The notes under the pieces are model-generated. The model worked only from the letters and a program-made list of their open reading frames with translations. It ran no database searches and was not told where the DNA came from. A program made the translations under genes and the position numbers. A stretch of DNA of 64,000 nucleotides from positions 868,001 to 932,000 of the forward strand of contig CDROCS010000777.1 of NCBI GenBank assembly GCA_977020255.1, read 5' to 3'. Shown here piece after piece: positions 55,735 through 64,000 of the stretch; positions within the stretch are counted from its first letter, which is position 1; the number at the start of each line of letters is the position of its first letter. The DNA is from Obrimoposthia wandeli (Eukaryota).

Positions 55735-57090
55735 TACCGTACCCCGCTCATATTTGCATCGACAAGGCGCCATATACAAGAAAAAAAATGCAGTTTTTTG
55801 AAAAGTAATTAAATTACTAAAATTACTAAATCACTACATACATTTTGTTATATAAATAAACAACAATGTAACATATGGGATATTCAAATTTCCAATTTCT
55901 AGCAGTTCATCCGTACATGGCATTTGAAATCCAACACTTCGTAAATTATTTACCTGTCATTCTAACATCCAAACAATGCCAGGCTTTTAAGACTCAGTTA
56001 CATAATGGCACAAGGTCGACCTTTTCTTTTTTTCCGCCTTCTGTAATCTGATTATCACCACAGAGTACGCATTGCACATTTTATCGGTTTATTTATGCTA
56101 ACTTCCCAAGGTTGTAGCATATATTCCAAACTACCAGGAATGATACACAAATCAGTTTTCAAACTTTTGAGTCTGACTTTCATTCTTTTAGAACGATTAC
56201 ATCTAAAAGAGCATTTAGACTAGTAAACTTGATTTCTTAATAAACCCGCCAGGTCACTTACACCATACGCTGTTTACTCAATCTAATATCAGGGCATCGT
56301 CTATCCACCCTTTTACCTGGACATGAACAATTATACCCTTGGAAATCGATCCTTTAGGAATGTTTTGTGCTTGAAAACTATACATGGAAGAAGCTTTACC
56401 CCGTCAGCAGTCGTCGCTTGTTGATACATTTGCTGAAGTAGTTCCTTTTATATCTAAGGTAGTGTTAGACGGAATATCGAACTTTAATGGCGTTTGATAC
56501 GCGTTTCCTATTGAAGACTTTTCATATTCCTTTCGTTTTCTCGTTCGCAATATTCAAAACTTCTGAAACTCGATAATGTTATCCTCATTTTTCTCAGGAA
56601 GTATTTGAAATCATCAGTATCTGGCATAGATTTTTCCAAGTCTATATCTTCTCTTACGTCTAATGACAACATACTTAGACAGTTCCAGTTCCAAAAGAAG
56701 ATATGTTGATAATTTCCCCCTATTTGCGCGCTTTTTTATGCTCATTTCATTTTTCGCCAATTTCTGATGTGACCTTCCGACACACTAAATTCTCAACCAA
56801 CAGCACAATTTTCGTGAACGTTATCTTTTTATAACATTCAGCTTTTCTCTGGTTGTAAATCAATTACGTACGCGACCCGTGGTTAAAATATAAAACAATT
56901 AATAAGTCATATATATTCAATTAATAAAGCAATTTAATGTTTAGGGGAATTAATAAACTATCTAGTAAAACTATTATAGCAAATTAATTCTGCGCCGTAT
57001 AAAGGAAAACTGCATTTTTTTGTTGTTTTTTGTCTGAAATTTGGGGTGGGCCTTATACTTGGATGCGCCTTTCACACGGTAAAGTACGAC
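55735..57090 (-). mobile_element. Decayed pogo-like (DDE_1) transposon
   Basis: Minus strand KGWIDDALILD*VNSVW..PGG..KKSSLLV and LCIIPGSLEYMLQPWEVSINKPIK; TACCGTA-type termini at ~55735 and ~57088. Confidence 0.75.
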
Positions 57091-59288
57091 ACTTAGGGTA
57101 ATAGAATTTCTTTTCAATTTTGTACTATTTTCTCTTTGACCATTTTTTTTCAAATTCCATATTTCTCGCTCTATTTTTAATTTTTCATAGCTTTTAAGCA
57201 TCGGTGGACGCCCTAAGATTATGCGATTTGCTTTGATATTATATTGAATCAAATTTTTTACTTGGTTAATGGGAATGTACAGTATATTAAAAAAAAATCT
57301 GCATATCTCATTCCTCATCTATTTTTCTTTACACAACTTCTAAAACTAAATATTTTCTTAAAATCACCGTTACTGTTCGTAAAAGTCTGTTGATAATAGT
57401 TCCTCTTTTTATTTTTATACGAATGTATCAAAATTATTTATTTTTTAACATAGGCTACCTTAGAGTCCTGAGTTAGTAACATTCTCCATTTTCTTTCTGT
57501 TCTTTTTTGTTCTTTTTTTGCAATGAAAATTTCACTACAAAATCAATTTTTCATTTTATGTTTTGTTCTAAAAGGTGCATATTTATAATTGTATTTAGTT
57601 AAAAATTCTAATTAAACATTATTAAATTAAGCATTATCTATCAAAATATTTGTGGCATTTTTGTGAATTCCATTGTTACAATTGAATGTATTGGTCGATA
57701 AAAATAGCTGCTTCTTGGATAAATAACTAATATCGGAATAGACATTGAATGTTAGTAGAGAATGATCAAATATATATTAAATATATCATAAACAACTAAA
57801 TCATTAAAATTGTTGTTAGATTTATCTGATATAACTAGCTATAAAATTATGTCCACTTTTGTGAGTGATCATTTATTCGATAAAAATGAATAAATCTTCA
57901 GGAAATTAGTAACTAAAAGTTTTATGAAATTATGACTGCTCATTTCTTAACTGCGACGTCTTTCAATGTTTTTCTCAACCTAAGAATCCATTAAGACAGC
58001 TTCAAAAAAATAAAACTCAGACGCCGGACCATTGTTGTGGTCACTAAATACCATAACAGAAATTCAAAACACTTTCAAATAATAGTTCCCTACACAGCCC
58101 AAAAGACATTTATTTGATAATCCATCGGCTATTTCTTCATATTTCTACACGCTCACTGAAACGGATTGTAGAAAAAGAAAAGACACAGAATGAAGTCGAT
58201 AGCAAAAGACAACAAAGCAAAAGTCAATTAATACACATCAAACACGGTAGACGATAAGAATAGATGTTTGTTTCCGTGACTTGTCCTTTTTTCTTTCCCT
58301 TGTGTTCCACTGAACTCAGGAGATGATGAGACAAGACCCGATACTAAAAACTCACAGGTACCATTGTGTGATGTCTAATGTTCTCGTGGATATTTGAAAC
58401 TCCATTAAGAAATAATTAATGAAACCTATTTGCAAATATTGCATAATGTTCAAATACTTAAGTCTAATTGGGTTGGTTTAATACCAAAATGTTGATAAAT
58501 AAATCCAACTCGTTGAGATTTTGAGATATCACCATAGTCAGACAGCACAATTTTACACACATAATTACGATTTGACATATATAAGAATCTGCATATTTAG
58601 TTATAACAAAATATGTTACTGAAGCGTGAAATGCTTCCAATAGATTACATTGTTCCAAATGTGGCGCATTGGTTCCGGGGCCTTCGAAGGCACTGTGTAA
58701 GCGTTAGGAGCTCGGGCTTCTCTCTGGATGCAGATGGAGTCCGGAGCGTTCCTTGGAGAACGAGGACGACGGATGGGTCTGTCTCGACCTGGACTTTAAT
58801 GTCTGGGCCGATGACGGGACCAGCGAGGCCTCAGCGTCGTGTTCCTGGCGAGGCTCTGTGGGGAGCACGAAGGACATCCTTTCCGGTTGGAGCTGGGAAA
58901 GAATTTTAGAGTGCGGAGTGAAACGACTTCGGAGCTTCGTGATCTCAAAATTAACATTGACTCGCGGTTTATGGTTACCCACATTGGTAAAAACCTGTCT
59001 GTATTTACTCTGATAAAGAGTTGAAAGGGAGTCAACATGGAATATATGACATCACAAGCGCTTCTGTGATTGCACCAGCCATAGGTCGCCCAATTGAGAA
59101 AGTTGGGAGCTGTTGCAAAATTCCAGAAAAAGTAACTGTGACGAAAAGATTCACCTGTTGTTCAGATTTTGTAAAGGAAACGCGAAAGAAACAATAAGAA
59201 ATGAGACAATAATTGAATTCCCGAAGGAGGAAAGGCAAATTTTAAATAGGCTTAAAAGGGAAAAATAGTCTTTCAAATTTATAATATT

Positions 59289-61280
59289 TTGAATAAACGG
59301 TTGCCCTGGGTTTGTTTTGCAGATAAGACTACGAAAAGAGTTCGGCTGAAGTTCATAAGAAAGCTACAGTTGATGCAGAAGCAATGTCCCACAGAAAGTA
59401 AAGCAAAGCTGGATTTAGTTAGGATAAAAGAAATTGATTGGAAGGTACGAGAAGAAGAGTTAGCGGTGATGGAGAATTGTACGTTAGGGGAGCTGAAAAT
59501 AAAAATCTCGCATTTATGGAAGATAGACGAAGCCATATTTTATATGATGTTGAACGGGAGATCAGTTAGAGGTCAAGCGATATGTAATGTAGTTGTGGGA
59601 GATGGGCTAGTAGTGTGATTATTGTTTAGATTCAAAAGAGGTTTAAGAGACGAGGAGATTTAAGAGCAAGGAGTACCACAGAAATGTGTAGAAAAATGGT
59701 TTTTTACGAGATTATGAAATAGAGTATTAGCTATCTTAGAGAATCCGGGGATTAATGAATTAAGACAAGAGTAAGAAGATCGGTGCCTTAAACTTGTGGA
59801 TAAATGGACGGGGTTTGTAGATTAAGCGAAAAGATTCGATAATGATCAGGTAGCAAGACAGTTTGAGGATGAGTTAGCAGCAATTGAGAGTAAATACCAT
59901 GAGTTAGAAGAAATATGGGAAATGTAATTAAAGATAGAGTTTGGAGATCAGGGAGTGTGAGCTCTAGTATTTCAGATCTTAGTATAATGCATCAACCGAT
60001 TAAGAAGGGAATTGCTAAATATGTTAGACCAGCTGGAGGTTTGAGGAGGTTAAAAAGGTTAATGATTCCGATTTTCGGTGGTAAAACTAAAGACTATGAG
60101 AAATGGCGTTCCATATTAAATGCCTGTATTGGAAATGTGAGAGGAGATAAAGTGAAAAAGCTGTACCACTTGCGTCAATACGTAAGCGGTGACGAATTGA
60201 AGTTAATTGAGAATTTAGGTTTCAATTCCTAAGCATATGGGGCTGCATTATTAAGAATTATATGGTGGCACAGAAAGAAGCTATTTGAGTTTTGTGGAAG
60301 ATGTTGAAATGTTAAGAGTTATTAAATATGGAGATTGCAAGGATTTAGAGCGTCTTAGTAGAATCGCTAGAAATTTCATAAATACGTTTAAAAGAATTAA
60401 GCAGGGAACATAAATTAAGGAATGGATTTATATTACAAAAGATGCTACAAAAACTTTCAGAAGCTGATATCGTCAATTGGGAAAGGTGGAATCTAAAGAT
60501 AGATGGAGATCAAACAGTAGAGAAGCTCATGATACAGGCTCAAGAGGAAGTTAATTTCTTAAGAAAGGCGATGGAGATGACAAATGGTATAGAAAAAACC
60601 GTAGTTCGAATGGATCAAAAAGCCTATTTCAGTAATAAAGAAGACAGTAATACGGAACCGAAAGATGAGTGGCTGAAGACATGTTTCAAGTGTAGAAATA
60701 ATCATTATTAAGACCAATGTTTTTGTTTTAAAGCGCTACATATCAAGGATAAATAGAAGGCAGTTTGGATAATATTTGACGCTGCCGCAAAATGCCAAGG
60801 AGTTTGTTTAAATGACAAGATAGAAGCTGGACCAAAACTTAGGGGAGATTTATTTGATATATTGTTGCGTTTTCGTAAGTTTGAAATTGCACTGGTGTGT
60901 GACATATAGGAAATGTATTTACAGGTGTCATTGAAACCAGAAGATCGTATGTGGCACCGATTTTTATGACGTGACGATATGGGAGATGTTTGTACTTATG
61001 AGTATTGTCGTTTAGTTTTTGGAATTAAGTTGGTATCACGCAGAAATGCAGAAGTTAACCAGGAAGTTTTTCAGAGGGCTGTATAGACAGTGCTAAAGTG
61101 GATAATAGTCTGGACTCCATCTGTACGGAAAAAGAAGCAGTGCACCTGATGGTAAAATTAAACGAATTGAATTGAAGAAGACACTGTGACATTTATGTCG
61201 TATTGGTTTAGTTAACTGAAGATTATGGATCCAGTTCGCAACTGTGCCTTACCAAGGACGTCTCAGCGGAAGGGTCGCGT
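59289..61280 (+). mobile_element. Decayed, internally deleted BEL/Pao LTR retrotransposon
   Basis: DUF1759-like gag (LKRLMIPIFGG..YEKW..LRQYVSGDELKLIENLG), Cys/His knuckle remnant, [33 protein letters not shown]. Confidence 0.85.
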
Positions 61281-62462
61281 GGCTGGACATTCCTTGAGAT
61301 GTGTGACCCTCCATTTCGCAGTGGATGGATTTCCTTTTTTCTGAAAGTGAATTTGTTGGCACAGAAGTTTGATTGTGATCGGGATGCTGTCGGCAATATG
61401 AACTAAGGGTTCTATTTTTTGTAGAAATAAAATCAAAGTAATACATTTGTTTATGTCTTCTGCCTCTATGGATTTAATTGTTGTTAGTGCAAAAGGTTTT
61501 TTGTACAGATATTTTCATGTTTTGCTGTTGCTGCCTTTGTGATTGTGTTCTTCATGCTCGTTTGTCTTGACTCGGTGAAGTCAAAGAGGGTGGTATGGAG
61601 AAACGTAATTTATTTAGTTTTAGCCATTGCGGTCTATATAATTCATTTTTAAAAAGAATCAATTTTAAATTGATTATTTTGGCCTGGTAGCAGTATGCTG
61701 TCATTTGTTGGAGCCTCTCTCGTACGTAATAGATGGAGAGAGGCTCGAGGTTTTGAAAAGTGTTGAATATGATTTAGTTCAATACAAAGTTTGAAGATTT
61801 TTTGTTTAACATATTGAAAAAACCGCAAAAACAATACACTCTGTTTCTTCTACTTATAGACTCATTTTCATGGCCTTTGAGGTATTTTAATTAAGTTTTA
61901 ACCTTCAAGCATGTTATTCATTTACTATAAATACTTATTTTATTATTTTAATTCATTTTTCCCTATTCTAACACTTTATTATTGTTGTAGAATAAGAAAA
62001 ATTAAAATTAAATAAATAAGATGGTTATTTATAGTGAGTAAATAACCTTCTAAAATCAAAGGTTAACAAAAATAAATTAAATTAAAATTAATTATTTTGA
62101 AAACTCAAAAGGAATAATTTGAAACTTTAAGGAGGTTATAGGAATGTGTATATGAAAAAACTAAAATTATAAAACAAAGCCTTAGAAGATTTAGAGTTAA
62201 AAAGGAAAATAATAATTAAAAGAAGAAACCGAAAATCGCATAGTTGAAAATTAGTTATCAACGGAAAATCTAGACGAAGATATTTGCTTGTTTTCAGAAT
62301 TCACAAACTAGTGAATATTAGCACCACAAGCGACAGGAAACACTGGCGCATCTGGCCAACAGTACCTAATCGAAAAATAACATATACAAGCGATTTCTTT
62401 AATTGCTTTATTTAGTGAATTTTTGCAAGCGATTGTCGTAACGTCAGAATTGAGCGAAGCTA

Positions 62463-62691
62463 TTGTTGGTGTTTCTAATTGAAACTCTTCTATTAGATCC
62501 TCGTATGGAGGCCACAACGTGATTTCTGTAGCGATAGGGCTTACAGATGGATGTGGCCTACCTGTTCGTGTCCTATTTAGTCTTAGTCACAATCTGAAGG
62601 TTTTGTGTCATATTGTTTTGTGGTGTGTTCAAGGAGTTATATTCCCAGAATAACTATTAGGGTCCCAAAGCTAGTGTAGTGTGATGTAACG
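62463..62691 (-). mobile_element. 3'-end (U5) fragment of the 8686-9948 LTR family
   Basis: Reverse complement aligns by eye with ~9716-9948 (GATCCTCGTATGGAGGCC..CTGTAGCGATAGGGCTTACAG..AATCTGAAGGTTTTGTGTC). Confidence 0.85.
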
Positions 62692-62840
62692 CATGGTGGA
62701 TAGTTTATCAGTTGAGTTAGCTTTTATGTCGGAAGGGTCTGGCATCACCAAGACCGAATATCGATGAAACAGAGCCGGGCCAATCGACAGTAGGTGGATG
62801 TGTCCGGTCTAATCCACACCGCCCCTCCCCCCTCTGTCAT

Positions 62841-62898
62841 TTAAAATCGTGCATGTGTGTGGAGTGAAATTTCACTCCACACACATGCACGGTTTTAA
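62841..62898. repeat. 58-bp near-perfect palindrome (29-bp arms, no loop, 1 mismatch)
   Basis: TTAAAATCGTGCATGTGTGTGGAGTGAAA | TTTCACTCCACACACATGCACGGTTTTAA. Confidence 0.95.
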
Positions 62899-63105
62899 AG
62901 GACACGGGGGGTCCAAAAATGTTTTCGCCCCTAACGGGGCGAATGGCTCGGGTTGCGGACTATATCACAGTTTATCTGCCGACCACGCTCGCGCCTTGGG
63001 ATGACGACTATATCCTAGTTTTTTCACCCCTTTCGGGGTGAACCACCACTGGCCCAACACCCACCGCCCAACACCCAACACCCAACACCCACCTCTTGCT
63101 TCGCG

Positions 63106-63434
63106 ATGCTGGATGCCGTCTCACGCCAGCTTCAGCGTGAGAAGGAGGAGAAACAGAAGAAAGCTCTGCGGAAGAAAAAGGCTACTACTTCTATGTCGAG
63201 GCCATCAACATCGGCTGCACCTCCTCCCAAAAAGTTGCGGCAACTATTGCCAAAACCTGAGGAAGGACAATTGCTGAAAAACAACCGGTGAAGCCGAAAA
63301 AGAAACCAGGCCGGCCAAAGAAGAAGGAGCCAGTACCGCTTTCTCCAATAATACTTAGTCGGAGGGATTTCGATGAGGATGATCCCAATGAAGACTTTGA
63401 AAAGATTTTTAAAAATATAATTTATAAAAATTAA
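63106..63434 (+). pseudogene. Small basic Lys/Pro-rich ORF with an AT-hook-like KKPGRPKKK motif (frameshift in an A-run at ~63277-63281)
   Basis: Adding one A joins MLDAVSRQ..GQLLK to KQPVKPKKKPGRPKKKE..DFDEDDPNEDF, giving ~109 aa. Confidence 0.4.
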
Positions 63435-63644
63435 TTTCATGTGTTTTCTTCTTAATATTTTTTTTTTTTAAATTTAAATTTAGAAATATTAAAATACTAT
63501 CTTTAAGTTTATTAGGTTTAAATATAAATGCAATGATAGATTTATTAAACTCTCATTTGATAAATATATCATTTAATTGGATTAAAAAATATTTTAAATT
63601 TATATATATAGGTTCAAATTTATTAACCTCTTCATAATTAAAAA

Positions 63645-63965
63645 ATGGAATTCATTAAAATGAAAAGTCTGGTAACGAAGATTGAAGAAAACATTCGGAG
63701 AAATGAGAAGAAAGGAGACTTAAGAAAGAGGGTCCTCAATCAGAATTTGTATACTGCTGTCGCGACCGAGTGGAATCGTCGGGAGGAGATACAAGATAGA
63801 CAGCTAGCAGACTGACGTAGAGTCGTGGAGTGGAATAAGAAGATCAAAATGGAAAAGAAGAAGGTGGATGAAAAAAGAAGAGAAGAGATGGAGGATAATC
63901 GTCGAGCAGCAAGAAAGAGAATCCTCCAGATTGAACCGGAAGAGGGTCCTTCTACAAAAAAATAA
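63645..63965 (+). pseudogene. Small charged coiled-coil ORF with one in-frame TGA (63813)
   Basis: MEFIKMKSLV..RQLAD*RRVVEWNKK..GPSTKK; AATAAA overlaps the stop. Confidence 0.35.
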
Positions 63966-64000
63966 ATGTTTGATTATTATTTTGTCTTTATTGATTATGT

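Noticed and set aside
58290-61600. Paired LTRs for the BEL/Pao remnant
   Set aside because: No direct repeat found between the candidate upstream and downstream regions.
61711-61746. 11-bp-stem hairpin as a Helitron 3' end
   Set aside because: No CTRR terminus at the expected distance and no Rep/helicase remnant nearby.

Overview
AT-rich, repeat-dense eukaryotic (animal) DNA with no recognisable host protein-coding gene. A planarian/flatworm-like host is a guess from composition and transposon content. The window is dominated by a near-intact, very young, giant Ty3/Gypsy LTR retrotransposon (23888-43839, ~19.95 kb). It has 1.93-kb LTRs differing only at four homopolymer runs that I could find, a TATG target-site duplication and a tRNA-Met primer-binding site. 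Besides Gag, protease, RT, RNase H and integrase, it carries a large cargo of host-signalling-type domains: a ubiquitin-like domain, an AT-hook plus possible BEN domain, a BIR-like domain plus IAP-type RING fused ahead of the protease, three Ig-like (IPT/Rel-dimerisation-like) repeats, an active dual-specificity phosphatase followed by a pseudophosphatase, and a multi-membrane-spanning env-like tail. Three separate small RING-H2 ORFs follow at the 3' end. Each of these starts 0-2 nt after a splice-acceptor-like AG, the 3.2-kb leader contains no ATG, and strong splice donors lie just after the PBS. This suggests a complex-retrovirus-like splicing programme for accessory genes. The LTR and leader contain covarying hairpin arrays and several blocks complementary to tRNA-Met. 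The flanks hold decayed hAT, Tc1/mariner, pogo, piggyBac, L2/CR1 and BEL/Pao elements, a related solo LTR, and a palindrome-associated unknown element at the right edge. All domain calls are by-eye motif recognition; no database searches were run.
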